From Spirochaetaceae bacterium (GTDB lineage: Bacteria > Spirochaetota > Spirochaetia > DSM-2461): a DNA stretch of 64,000 nucleotides. The position numbers and the translations under genes were made by a program. Below, piece after piece: positions 38,858 through 49,057 of the stretch (the stretch's first letter is position 1; each line of letters opens with the position of its first letter). Location: positions 96,001 to 160,000 of the forward strand of contig JAOPTT010000005.1 in assembly GCA_051531975.1 (NCBI GenBank), read 5' to 3'. The notes below the pieces were generated by a model, which saw only the letters and a program-made list of their open reading frames with translations, ran no database searches and had not been told where the DNA came from.

Positions 38858-39087
38858 TATGTTGTCTCTCCAAGAATTAAAACTTCAGCTTCTGACTTTC
38901 TTAAAGAGAGGTGGAAATCTCTAATCTCAATTTCCACAGGATCCCCCATTGGAGCTATTTTAGAAAGAGTGAACTCTGTTCCACGGGTAAGACCCATTGA
39001 TAGTAACTTTGTTCTATAAGCAGAATTACCTTTCTCATATCCAGTAATTTTAACTCTGTCACCAATCTTTAAATCTTTGATCTTCAT
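38857..39087 (-). CDS. feoA: Ferrous iron transport protein FeoA
   Basis: LLSMGLT.G, APMGDP and LSLRKSEA motifs. Likely start is ATG 39087. Confidence 0.95.
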   Translation of the reverse strand: MKIKDLKIGDRVKITGYEKGNSAYRTKLLSMGLTRGTEFTLSKIAPMGDPVEIEIRDFHLSLRKSEAEVLILGETT

Positions 39088-39105
39088 AATTATCTCCAAA
39101 TGCTT

Positions 39106-39187
39106 AAGTTAGCCTTCCTAATTTTATTAATTTGGTATACCTACCTATTAAAAACCAAAGTATTAAACTGTCAATAGGCGTGCCTAA
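39106..39187. promoter_or_regulatory. Putative DtxR/MntR-family operator boxes upstream of feoA
   Basis: AAGTTAG-CCTTC-CTAATTT (39106-39124), TTTGG-TATA-CCTAC (39131-39144) and ATAGG-CGTG-CCTAA (39174-39187). Confidence 0.5.
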
Positions 39188-39293
39188 CTTTTTTATGTTG
39201 TATATATAATATTATATAAAAAGATCTTTTAAACATAGAGTTTTTCTTGAAATATAACTGTAAGACTGTTATTTTTACATCATAGGAGTTTTA

Positions 39294-41261
39294 ATGGACA
39301 ATAAAATATTAAAACGAGAGTATTTAAAGCTATTATCTAAGCAATATCCAACAATTTCAAAAGTTAGCTCAGAAATTATTAATCAAAGTGCAATGTTAAA
39401 CCTTCCTAAAGGTACAGAACATTTTGTTTCAGATATACATGGAGAAGACGAAGCTTTCAATCACGTGCTTAAAAACGGTAGTGGTTCTATAAAAATAAAG
39501 ATAGATGAAGTTTTTGAAGGTTCTCTTTTAGAAAAAGAGAAAAGGGCACTAGCAACAATTATATACTATCCTCGGCAAAAATTAGCCATGTTACTTGATC
39601 AGGTACAACCTGAAGACCAGGAAGAGTGGTTAAGTGTTTTACTGTTTAGATTAATTAAAATGTGTCGGTATGCGTCAATAAAATATACTAGAGCCATGAT
39701 TCGAGACGCTTTAAGCCCTGAGTTTTCTTACATTATTGAGGAACTTTTACATGAACAGGAGAGTCTTGATAATAAATACGATTATTATAAATCAATTATA
39801 CAAACAATCATTATAACAGGTAGAGCAGAAGCATTTGTTGTTGCCTTAAGTGAACTTATTCAGAGAATGGTTGTTGCTCATCTACATGTAATTGGTGATA
39901 TCTTTGATAGAGGTTCTGGGGCACATACGATTATGGATAGACTTATGAGTTATCATAAAGTTGATATCCAGTGGGGAAATCACGACATTGTTTGGATGGG
40001 AGCAGCAGCTGGTTCATTTGCATGTATTGCCAATGTTATTAGAGTATCTTTAAGATATGGGAATACCAAAACATTAGAAAATGGTTATGGTGTAAGTATG
40101 TTACCACTGGCTTCATTTGCTATGGAAGCTTATGCCGAAGATCCATGTACTGAGTTTAAAACTATAGCTCAAGATGATGAATCTTTAAGTATAAGAGAGA
40201 AATTGATTCTTTCTAGAATGCACAAAGCAATAACTATAATTCAGTTGAAAATTGAGGGACAGGTAATTAAAAGGCGGCCTGAGTATGATATGGAAGATAG
40301 GCTTCTACTTGATAAGATAGATCTTGATAACAATAAAGTTGTTATAGATGGTATCGAGTGTTCTCTTAAAGATAATAGTTTTCCAACTTTAGACCCTGAA
40401 CAGCCATACTCTTTAACTAATGGAGAAAAATCTGTAATTAGAAAACTTCAGAATTCCTTTTTATATAGTGAAAGACTTCAGGAACATGTACGATTTCTAT
40501 TTTCTAAAGGTAGCGTCTATTCTGTATTAAATCATAACCTTTTATATCATGGCTGTATTTTAATGAACGAAGATATGACTTTCAATAATAAAGTTATTGA
40601 TGGTGTTACAATGGGTCCAAAAGAGTATCTTGATTATGCTGATAGACTTGCTAGGCAGGGGTATTTTTCCAATAGCTCTACAGAGAGACAGACGGGTCAG
40701 GATATGATGTGGTATCTTTGGAGTGGAAAAGAGTCTCCACTTTTTGGTAAAGCAAAGATGGCAAGTTTTGAAAGATATTTTACCACAAACAAAGAAGTCG
40801 CAATTGAAAAAAAGGATGCTTATTATAAGTTTAGAGATAATGAAGAGGTCTGTATAAAAATATTAGAGGAGTTTGGTTTAGACCAATCTGCTCATATCAT
40901 TAATGGACATGTTCCTGTTGCTGTTAAAAAAGGTGAAAGCCCGGTTAAAGCAAACGGAAGACTCATAGTTATTGATGGGGGATTTTCTAAGGCATATCAG
41001 GCCCAAACTGGAATAGCTGGTTATACTCTAGTAAGTAACTCATGGGGTTTCTTATTAGCTTCTCATATGGCATTTGAATCTACACAGGCAGCAATAGAAG
41101 ATGACCAAGATATTCATACTACAAAGATGATATTAGAACGTGCTCCTAACAGAATAATGGTTAAAGACACAGATAAAGGTAAAACATTAATTCATCATAT
41201 AGATGTACTAAAAGAGCTACTTTTAGCATACAGAAAAGGTGAAATTAAAGAGAGGACTTAA
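39294..41261 (+). CDS. fbp: Fructose-1,6-bisphosphatase class III
   Basis: NLPKGTEHFVSDIHGE, GDIFDRG, QWGNHD, NGHVPV and IDGGFSKAYQ motifs. Confidence 0.95.
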   Translation: MDNKILKREYLKLLSKQYPTISKVSSEIINQSAMLNLPKGTEHFVSDIHGEDEAFNHVLKNGSGSIKIKIDEVFEGSLLEKEKRALATIIYYPRQKLAMLLDQVQPEDQEEWLSVLLFRLIKMCRYASIKYTRAMIRDALSPEFSYIIEELLHEQESLDNKYDYYKSIIQTIIITGRAEAFVVALSELIQRMVVAHLHVIGDIFDRGSGAHTIMDRLMSYHKVDIQWGNHDIVWMGAAAGSFACIANVIRVSLRYGNTKTLENGYGVSMLPLASFAMEAYAEDPCTEFKTIAQDDESLSIREKLILSRMHKAITIIQLKIEGQVIKRRPEYDMEDRLLLDKIDLDNNKVVIDGIECSLKDNSFPTLDPEQPYSLTNGEKSVIRKLQNSFLYSERLQEHVRFLFSKGSVYSVLNHNLLYHGCILMNEDMTFNNKVIDGVTMGPKEYLDYADRLARQGYFSNSSTERQTGQDMMWYLWSGKESPLFGKAKMASFERYFTTNKEVAIEKKDAYYKFRDNEEVCIKILEEFGLDQSAHIINGHVPVAVKKGESPVKANGRLIVIDGGFSKAYQAQTGIAGYTLVSNSWGFLLASHMAFESTQAAIEDDQDIHTTKMILERAPNRIMVKDTDKGKTLIHHIDVLKELLLAYRKGEIKERT

Positions 41262-41661
41262 TTTTCCTTTGCATTACAATGTATTCTACATCGCTTTTTA
41301 AAAATATATCACCTTGTTTTTCCATTAAAAAGTGGTTGTAGAAACCTTCTGCTGTTTTTCTAGCATCACACCAAAATATATTAACATCTAAACCTTCTAG
41401 GTCAGATAAAATCTTATTAATAATTAACGTTCCATAACCTTTTCCCTGATACTCTTTTAGAGTTGCAAATTTTCTAAGTCTTGCTTTACCATTATCTAAA
41501 AATATCGAAGCTACAGAGATTAATTTAGAATCTATAAAACCTCCATAATGGATACCTTCTGGATCATCATCAAGAAGGCAAAATTCAATAGGTTTATTAG
41601 GCCATAAAACTTCATGGCGAATATTTAATGTATCCTTATAATCTATTCTTTTTATTATCAT
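41245..41661 (-). CDS. GNAT family N-acetyltransferase
   Basis: RHEVL.P, RLRKFAT...YQGKGYG and WCDAR..A.GFY motifs. Confidence 0.9.
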   Translation of the reverse strand: MIIKRIDYKDTLNIRHEVLWPNKPIEFCLLDDDPEGIHYGGFIDSKLISVASIFLDNGKARLRKFATLKEYQGKGYGTLIINKILSDLEGLDVNIFWCDARKTAEGFYNHFLMEKQGDIFLKSDVEYIVMQRKIKSSL

Positions 41662-43823
41662 TATGCCCTATCTAGGATTTCACCCTTAACACCAACTGGT
41701 GTTTTACAGTCTAGTATTTCAAGTAGTGCATGTTTGTCATTTAATATTGAACCAATAGCTGATAAAAACTGAATATGAGGCCCTGGATTAGATTTAGGTG
41801 ATACTATTAAAACTAATATTTTTGTTGGTTCTCCATCTAAAGAGTCAAAGTCCATACCTTCTTTACATAGTCCAATTACCGTTTTAATTGAAGCTACTGA
41901 ATCAGTTTTACAGTGGGGAATAGCGACACCATTTTGTAGACCGGTACTCATTAGTTTTTCTCTATCTAATACACCTTGTAGAACTTCAGCCTTATCAGAT
42001 ATGTCTCCATTTTTATATAAAATATTAACCATCTCTTTTAAAACATCATTTTTAACAGTAGATTTTAATTTAAGTCTTATAGTTTTTGGATTTATAGCTA
42101 ATTTTAATAGACTATGGTTTTTCCTACTCTCTGTATCACTTTCAAGCATATCTTTTTTCATCTCTTCAGGTTTTGCCATCTCCTGTAGTTTTTTAATTGT
42201 CTGGTTTAGATCAAGAAGTGCTTCGTAGACTATGGTTTTAACAAAAATAATATCCTCTTTATCAGAAATTATCTCTATCTCAGTCTCTGTATGATGGATT
42301 GTAAAAAATACATTGTCTTTACGTAGTTGGTAAATTCTATCACCATCGATTTCCATTTTATGACTAAAAAACCCTTCTGAAGTTAATGCTGATACAATTT
42401 TTGACATTGCTAAGTCAGTTAAAGAATCCGATGGATATTGGAACTTTGTAGCTATGGTATCACTACCTTTACTCTCACTTTTGGTCCCTTTTTGAGGAAT
42501 TTTAAGAAGTTTTGTTAAAATGGGTGGAGGAATTATTGTTGTTATTAATGTCATTAATACAGCAATTCCAAACATCTTTGGATCTAAAATACCACTACTA
42601 ACACCAATTCCTGCAATAATTAGGGCTACTTCTCCCCGTGGTACCATACCTGTCCCGATTCTCAGTGCACCAAGGAAATTAAAATTTAAAAATAACGACG
42701 GGATTCCACAACCTATAACTTTAGCTAAAATAGAGACTATTCCGTATATAAAACCTAATAGTAGAACTTCTTTACTAAGTAGTACATTTATATTTACCAT
42801 CATACCCATAACACAGAAGAAAACAGGGACTATAAATTCTGCTATTGGGTGAATTGCATCTTGAATTACAAAACTTATATCTGTTTTAGATAAACTTAAA
42901 CCTAGAACATATGCACCAATAATAAGTGCTAAACCAGCAGATTCAAATATACCAGCAAAAACTAATGCTAGAGCAACACCTGCAATGGCTATATTTATTT
43001 TGTCTTTGAATAATTTTAGAAATGAACTTATCTTTTTTGCAAAAATAAGGCCTAAAGCTGTGAAACCTAACCAAACAGCTACTGCTTTAAAAGCTATAAA
43101 TCCTATTGCACCCCAATCTATCTGAGCATGCTCATCTCCACCAGATAATACACTAACAATACCTAAAATTATTGCTAATATAATAATACCTAATACATCG
43201 TCGATTACTGCGGCGGCTAATATGGTTACACCTTCAGGAGAGTCCATTTTTCTCTGTTCTGAGAGTATTCTTGCTGTTATTCCTACACTAGTTGCAATAC
43301 TTAAAACACCTAAAAATAGTGTTATAGGATCCATTAGTTCTAAGCCCATAAATGTTGTTGCACACCAAACTCCTCCTGCAAAGGAGAATAGTACACCAGC
43401 TATACCAACTACTGCACCCTTTAATGAGTACCGCATAAATAGGTTTAAGTCTGTTTCTAAACCTGCGTGAAAAAGAAGTATTATTGAAGCAATTACCGAA
43501 ATAGACCAAAGCTCTATAGTTACTGGTACATTACCAGCGACTAATGGGAATATTCCATGAATAAAACCAGGTATAGGAATTGCTCCTAAAAAGTAGGGCC
43601 CTATTATGATTCCTGAGATCAATTCACCTAATACTGATGGTAATCCAATTTTTCCAAATAACCGGCCGATAAACTTTGCGACAAAGATTATAATACCAAC
43701 TTGGAATACTAACATTGTCATTTTATGAGTTAAACTTACCTCTTCTCCAGCTACAGTATTAGCAAATAGTGGAATTGTTAAAATAAGTAATAGAATTGTT
43801 AATAAAATAGATCTCTTTTTCAT
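41661..43823 (-). CDS. Cation:proton antiporter (CPA2/NapA-like) fused to a C-terminal PTS EIIA-type domain
   Basis: GLETD, ATSVGIT, AAVIDD and PRGEVAL transporter motifs. C-terminal RE..MSTG...GVAIPH with the phosphorylatable His. Confidence 0.9.
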   Translation of the reverse strand: MKKRSILLTILLLILTIPLFANTVAGEEVSLTHKMTMLVFQVGIIIFVAKFIGRLFGKIGLPSVLGELISGIIIGPYFLGAIPIPGFIHGIFPLVAGNVPVTIELWSISVIASIILLFHAGLETDLNLFMRYSLKGAVVGIAGVLFSFAGGVWCATTFMGLELMDPITLFLGVLSIATSVGITARILSEQRKMDSPEGVTILAAAVIDDVLGIIILAIILGIVSVLSGGDEHAQIDWGAIGFIAFKAVAVWLGFTALGLIFAKKISSFLKLFKDKINIAIAGVALALVFAGIFESAGLALIIGAYVLGLSLSKTDISFVIQDAIHPIAEFIVPVFFCVMGMMVNINVLLSKEVLLLGFIYGIVSILAKVIGCGIPSLFLNFNFLGALRIGTGMVPRGEVALIIAGIGVSSGILDPKMFGIAVLMTLITTIIPPPILTKLLKIPQKGTKSESKGSDTIATKFQYPSDSLTDLAMSKIVSALTSEGFFSHKMEIDGDRIYQLRKDNVFFTIHHTETEIEIISDKEDIIFVKTIVYEALLDLNQTIKKLQEMAKPEEMKKDMLESDTESRKNHSLLKLAINPKTIRLKLKSTVKNDVLKEMVNILYKNGDISDKAEVLQGVLDREKLMSTGLQNGVAIPHCKTDSVASIKTVIGLCKEGMDFDSLDGEPTKILVLIVSPKSNPGPHIQFLSAIGSILNDKHALLEILDCKTPVGVKGEILDRA

Positions 43824-43896
43824 ACAGTTATCCTTAATAATACTCTATGGTTACTTTAGATTATTATTAAGGATTTTTCAATGTACAAAGCTAGAT

Positions 43897-44787
43897 TTAG
43901 CCTTTTACTCCACCAATTGTTAAACCAGTTACAAAGTATTTTTGTAAAAATGGATAAACCAACATTATAGGTACAGCGGCTATTACTGTCATTGCAGCTC
44001 TTATAGATTTTGGAGTAACACCTCCAGAACCTGAACCACGTTTAGATTGGGCACTTAATTTACCACCTCTAGACGATTGTGCACTTTGTAGTTTCTTCAT
44101 TAATTCGTATTGTAGTGTTGTTAAACTTCTATCTTTAGATGCAAAGAAGTATGTATCAATCCATGTATTCCACTGATCAACTGCACCAAAAAGGGCTATT
44201 GTTGCTAATACTGGAACAGATAGTGGTAAAATGATCTGTATAAAGATTCTAAAATCACCAGCACCCTCAACTTTCGCAGCTTCTACTAAAGATTCAGGCA
44301 GACCCATAATATATGTTCTAATAATAATTATATGGAATGCAGATGATAACCAAGGTACCCAATATACATTAAAATTATTCATTAAACCAATGTCTCTTAT
44401 TAGGAAGTAGTAGGGGATTAGACCTCCACCAACATACATTGTTAATATCCACATTAAAGAGAATGCTCTTCTAAGTCGAAAGTTTTTTCTACTTAAAACA
44501 TATGCTACCATAGCTGCTGAAATTACCTGTGTTGCTGAACCTATAACTGTTCTTAATACAGAGTTAATAAAACCTGTTAATATTGCTGGTAGTTTAAAAA
44601 TGTTTTCGTAACTCTCTGTTGAAAATATTCTAGGGTAGAAGGTTATTCCACCTTTTATTGTATCTGTTGCATCGTTAAATGATACAGCAAGTATATTAAT
44701 AAACGGATATAATGTTATTACAATAAGGAATATTAGGACAATCAGTTTAATTGAATCAAAAATTATATTACTTTGTTTTTCTGTCAT
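43897..44787 (-). CDS. Carbohydrate ABC transporter permease
   Basis: LPESLVEAAKVEGA EAA loop and LVYPFLQKYFV.G...G.VKG. Confidence 0.93.
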   Translation of the reverse strand: MTEKQSNIIFDSIKLIVLIFLIVITLYPFINILAVSFNDATDTIKGGITFYPRIFSTESYENIFKLPAILTGFINSVLRTVIGSATQVISAAMVAYVLSRKNFRLRRAFSLMWILTMYVGGGLIPYYFLIRDIGLMNNFNVYWVPWLSSAFHIIIIRTYIMGLPESLVEAAKVEGAGDFRIFIQIILPLSVPVLATIALFGAVDQWNTWIDTYFFASKDRSLTTLQYELMKKLQSAQSSRGGKLSAQSKRGSGSGGVTPKSIRAAMTVIAAVPIMLVYPFLQKYFVTGLTIGGVKG

Positions 44788-44796
44788 CAGTTTCTC

Positions 44797-45723
44797 CTAG
44801 AATAATCCATCTTCGCCAACTGCATGGGCGATTTTATTTGTTATAGTTATTAGTAAAATACTAACAATACTTTGGAATATTCCTGATGCTGCTGCAAATG
44901 AATATCTTAATTTTTGAAGACCATATTTTATTGCAAAAGTCTCAAAAACCTGGGATACATCTTGTACCAAACCATTTTCTAGTAGGAACATCTGCTCATA
45001 CCCTGCTGACATCAAATAACCAACATTCATAATTAAAAGAACAATAAATGTAGATTTAATACCAGGTAGTGTTACATGTACAATTCGCTGAATTCTACCT
45101 GCACCATCAATTTTTGCTGCTTCGTATAGCTGACTATCAATACCTGTCATAGCTGCTAAATATATAATTGCACCCCAACCAATCTCTTTCCAAATGTATG
45201 ATCCACCCATTAACCACCAGAAGTACTTCTGGATACCTAACCATAAAACTGGCTCATCAATTAGATTTAAAAACAGTAAAAATTCGTTTATCATACCACC
45301 GTCGGTAGATAACATCTCTTTAACTAAACTGGCTGTTACTACCCATGATATAAAGTGGGGTAGGGAAGTTATTGTCTGAGTTATCGATTTAAAAAACTTG
45401 TTTCTTGTCTCGTTTAATAATAGAGCCAAAAATATAGATGCTAAAGTTCCAAATACTAGTTTTATTATAGATATTGCAAGTGTATTTCTAAGTACTTGCT
45501 TAAAAAAAGGGTCTTCAAAAAGTGCCCTAAAATGTTTTAGTCCAACAAAATTGGATTCCAATATACCTTTTGATGGAATATAGTCCTGAAAGGCCATTAT
45601 CCAACCCCATATAGGTAGGTATTTAAATATAAACAGGTGTATTACAAATGGTAATATCATAAAAAGTAGAGCTTTGCTCTTCCATAAATCGTCAAAGAAA
45701 GCGGCGGTTTTGCTCTTCTGCAT
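44797..45723 (-). CDS. Carbohydrate ABC transporter permease (LplB-like)
   Basis: LPHFISWVV, WKEIGW.AIIYLAA and LYEAAKIDGA motifs. Confidence 0.93.
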   Translation of the reverse strand: MQKSKTAAFFDDLWKSKALLFMILPFVIHLFIFKYLPIWGWIMAFQDYIPSKGILESNFVGLKHFRALFEDPFFKQVLRNTLAISIIKLVFGTLASIFLALLLNETRNKFFKSITQTITSLPHFISWVVTASLVKEMLSTDGGMINEFLLFLNLIDEPVLWLGIQKYFWWLMGGSYIWKEIGWGAIIYLAAMTGIDSQLYEAAKIDGAGRIQRIVHVTLPGIKSTFIVLLIMNVGYLMSAGYEQMFLLENGLVQDVSQVFETFAIKYGLQKLRYSFAAASGIFQSIVSILLITITNKIAHAVGEDGLF

Positions 45724-45739
45724 ATTAGTTCTCCTGGGG

Positions 45740-45766
45740 TATTCCCCCGGTTTAAGGGGGGAGTAT
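45740..45766 (-). terminator. Stem-loop between the binding-protein and permease genes (mRNA stabiliser or attenuator)
   Basis: Minus strand TACTCCCCC-CTTAAACC-GGGGGAATA with no T tract. Confidence 0.45.
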
Positions 45767-45769
45767 GTT

Positions 45770-47416
45770 CTATTTGTTATCTATACCGTATCCAGCTAAT
45801 CTATCGTTAATAGCTTTTTGGTAAAAGTTCTTTTGAATCTCTAAATCAGATTCTGTTATTTGTGACATCCAATCAGCCCAAACGTTTTCAAATTCACCAG
45901 GCTCAGCAGTCATTGCTAAAGCACAAAACTTAGTTCTTAAGTCATATATTTTAGAACTAACTAAGTCCTCATCTGTTCCTGTTTGTGGAGAAATTGACCA
46001 TAATGGAGAGTAGAATGCTCTTGAGTTATCTACTTGACCAAATACTTCAGCAAAAACACCCATGTCATAAGCTTCTAGAACTTCTTTTTCAGTTTGTGTT
46101 AAACCTTGTTGGAAAACTGAAGGCTGCATTCCGTATCTAGTAGGGTTACCGTTATCGAATGTACCATCTGCAGAAGGTAGGAACTCGTAGAAGTATTTAG
46201 CACCATGAACAGGGAAGAACCAATCTCCGTTCTCGTCCCACATCTCTTTTTGTTCAAATGTCATGTGGAATTTACCATCAGCGTTAACTGAGTAGTTTTC
46301 ACCCTCGATACCCCAAGTACCAAGAACCATAATTTCTTCTGTAGCTAAAGCATCTAAGAACTTAATAGCTGCAATAGGATCTTCACATGAAGTTGTAATT
46401 GAAGTACCTAAACCAGTAGCTAAACCTTTAGCATAAGTATATTGCTCATCACCACCATCCCAAGTTAAAGGAAGACCAACAAAGATTCTTTCTGGGTGTT
46501 CTTTTTTAAGGATTTCTTGCGAAGCGTTCATAATCCAGAACTCGTCGAAGATACCTAAAACTCTACCAGAAGCAATTTTAGCTTGGTATTGATCTAAATC
46601 TGCAACAAAACCTTCTGGGTCAATAAGACCTTTGTTATATTGTTCGTTCATAAACTTGTAATATTTATGCTCGTCAGCACTTCCATCAAGAGGTGATACT
46701 CTCCATTTACCGTCAACATTATCGATAATTGGGTTATCAGAGTATTTACCAGCTAAAAGTGGAGATGCTGTATAGATATAGTCTCTGTACCAGTCATAAG
46801 TTAAGATTTCAAAACCAATAGTATCTTGTCCGTTAATAGTTGGATACTTTGTCTTGTAGTCTTCAATAAGTTTCCAGTAATCTTCGAACTTTCTAACTAC
46901 AGGCCAACCAGCATCTTCTAATACAGCTTTTTGAATCCACCAACCTTTATCTACGTCAGTATATTTAGTATCACCATAAGGGATTAGGTCAGGTAGGATA
47001 TAAATATTACCATCGTCTGTTTTTAAAGCTTCCCAATATACATCACCAATAAGTTTTTTTAAGTTTGGAGCATGAGTTTCAATTAAATCATTTAAAGGAA
47101 TTAGAGCACCAGCATCTAAAAATCTTGATTGCTCACCACGAGCATTTATAATATCTGGATAGTCTCCGGAAGCTAACATTATACCTGTTCTTGTTGGTAG
47201 TTCACCAACTAAGAATTCGAAGTTGTAATCAACATTTGCAATTTCAGCAACTGCATCTCCTACTTGAGTTCCATCTAATGGATAATCCGGCATTGCTTCA
47301 CCAATAAATATTGATAAAGTTGTTTTCCCATCTGTGTCAGCTTCTTTGTTTGAACCAGCAAAAGCTAAGACAGATACAAGTGATAATGCAATAATAGCAA
47401 TCAGTTGTTTTTTCAT
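45770..47416 (-). CDS. Carbohydrate ABC transporter substrate-binding protein (LplA-like)
   Basis: Signal peptide ..AFAGSNKE, plus ASGDYPD, LIPLNDLI..HAPN, DGNIY and WGIEG..Y motifs. Confidence 0.9.
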   Translation of the reverse strand: MKKQLIAIIALSLVSVLAFAGSNKEADTDGKTTLSIFIGEAMPDYPLDGTQVGDAVAEIANVDYNFEFLVGELPTRTGIMLASGDYPDIINARGEQSRFLDAGALIPLNDLIETHAPNLKKLIGDVYWEALKTDDGNIYILPDLIPYGDTKYTDVDKGWWIQKAVLEDAGWPVVRKFEDYWKLIEDYKTKYPTINGQDTIGFEILTYDWYRDYIYTASPLLAGKYSDNPIIDNVDGKWRVSPLDGSADEHKYYKFMNEQYNKGLIDPEGFVADLDQYQAKIASGRVLGIFDEFWIMNASQEILKKEHPERIFVGLPLTWDGGDEQYTYAKGLATGLGTSITTSCEDPIAAIKFLDALATEEIMVLGTWGIEGENYSVNADGKFHMTFEQKEMWDENGDWFFPVHGAKYFYEFLPSADGTFDNGNPTRYGMQPSVFQQGLTQTEKEVLEAYDMGVFAEVFGQVDNSRAFYSPLWSISPQTGTDEDLVSSKIYDLRTKFCALAMTAEPGEFENVWADWMSQITESDLEIQKNFYQKAINDRLAGYGIDNK

Positions 47417-47539
47417 TTAAATCTCCTATAAATTATTATATTTCATTATCTCTCTGTTTATTTTAACGTGCAACAAGAAACAGTTTTGAATTTTGTCTAA
47501 TTTTTACATGAAAATAGTGGAAAAATTATAGGTTTATGT

Positions 47540-49057
47540 CTATTTTATAGCTTTTCGATACTGTTTTGGTGTGGTATTAAAGGTATTTTCAAACTTTTTC
47601 ATGAAATAATTTACATCTTGATACCCAACTCTGTTAGCTACTTCATATATTTTAATGTCAGTAGATGTCAAAAGTTCCTTTGCTTCAGTTAATCTAAGTT
47701 TGTGTAGGTAGGTATTAAAACTTTCACCAATCTCTTTCTTAAATATCTGACCTAGATAGGCGGAGTTTAGCCCCATAATGTCAGCAACATAACCTAAAGT
47801 TAGGTTTTCTTTGTAGTTTTCATCTATATAATTTTTTAATTCTTTTGCTGAATTTCCCTTACTATTAAGAATTTGTATTGAATTGATAGCTACAATCTTA
47901 AATTCCAGAAGTTTTGTTTCTAAATTATTAAGATAAATTTGCTCTTCTCTATTTATTATAAAACTCGCAGCAGAAATTATAGAATCTATATCTCCATTTA
48001 GATCAGTTACAGTTTTTATTATAGTATTTAGTAGTTTATTTAAGTGTATATAGATAATATCAGCAGAGAGGTAGCTTGATTTAAAAGTAGTTATTAACTC
48101 TTTGATTAGTTCCTCTGTAATTTTATCGTTCTTAATTATTCCCTTTGCAATTTTATCAACTAACTCTAGATCAGAATATTCGTAATTAAAATCTATATCT
48201 TGTATATCTTTATACTCAATTATAGTACCAATTTCTTTGTAATACCTATGTTCTGATGTCTTTATCGCATCTAATCTAGAGATGTTTAACTCTAATAGGT
48301 CTTGTCTTTTTGAACCAATATAAATAGAAACATCATAGTCATATCTGTTTAAAATTGATGAAATTAGAAACATAGAAAATCTACTTACACTATTACGATA
48401 CTCTCTGGTTAAACCGCTATGAATAAATAGGCCAAAATATGAATCCTTTTCATGGAGAACTGAGGTTGTAACATCTGGACCTATTATATCCTGTATTATA
48501 TCTTCAACTTTCTCTATGTTTATTTTTATCTGATGGAAATCTATTAATGCATAATAGAAACTTCTTTCATTTGTTAAACCAAGTTCTTTTTTAATATTAC
48601 TAATATCACTTTTTTTATTTCCATTTAAAATACCTTGTAGTAGGGATTTTATGTATAGTTTTTTAGGTATGATATTTTGATCGTTTATCTCATCAGTTTT
48701 TAATTTTATTAATGCTAACTCTAACTCGTCTTCATCAACAGGTTTTAAAAGATAGTCGCATGCTCCTAAATGTAGGGCTTCTTTCGCCATTGAGAATTCA
48801 CTATGTCCAGATAAAATAATAAAAGAGCAGGTGTCGCCACGATTTTTACACTCTCTAATAAGATCTAAACCAGAGACTTCAGGCATTTTTATATCTGTAA
48901 TAACTAATCTAGGTTTAAACTTTTCTATTAATAAAAGAGCTTCTCTTCCATTAGATGCTTCAGCAATTATTTCATATCCAAGAGCATTCCAATCAATTAT
49001 TAATTTAAGACCTTCTCTTATATTAGGTTCATCGTCTACTATTAAGGTTTTTATCAA
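47540..49057 (-). CDS. YesN-like REC-AraC response regulator
   Basis: IVDDE, TDIKMP and YLLKP, plus a C-terminal AraC HTH (YLGQIFKK, VGYQDVNYF..KF, TPKQYR). Confidence 0.93.
   Translation of the reverse strand: MIKTLIVDDEPNIREGLKLIIDWNALGYEIIAEASNGREALLLIEKFKPRLVITDIKMPEVSGLDLIRECKNRGDTCSFIILSGHSEFSMAKEALHLGACDYLLKPVDEDELELALIKLKTDEINDQNIIPKKLYIKSLLQGILNGNKKSDISNIKKELGLTNERSFYYALIDFHQIKINIEKVEDIIQDIIGPDVTTSVLHEKDSYFGLFIHSGLTREYRNSVSRFSMFLISSILNRYDYDVSIYIGSKRQDLLELNISRLDAIKTSEHRYYKEIGTIIEYKDIQDIDFNYEYSDLELVDKIAKGIIKNDKITEELIKELITTFKSSYLSADIIYIHLNKLLNTIIKTVTDLNGDIDSIISAASFIINREEQIYLNNLETKLLEFKIVAINSIQILNSKGNSAKELKNYIDENYKENLTLGYVADIMGLNSAYLGQIFKKEIGESFNTYLHKLRLTEAKELLTSTDIKIYEVANRVGYQDVNYFMKKFENTFNTTPKQYRKAIK

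Noticed and set aside
41245..41261. Short 3' overlaps of convergent genes (also near 25575, 31647 and 36278)
   Set aside because: Common in compact AT-rich genomes, with no sign of a special function.
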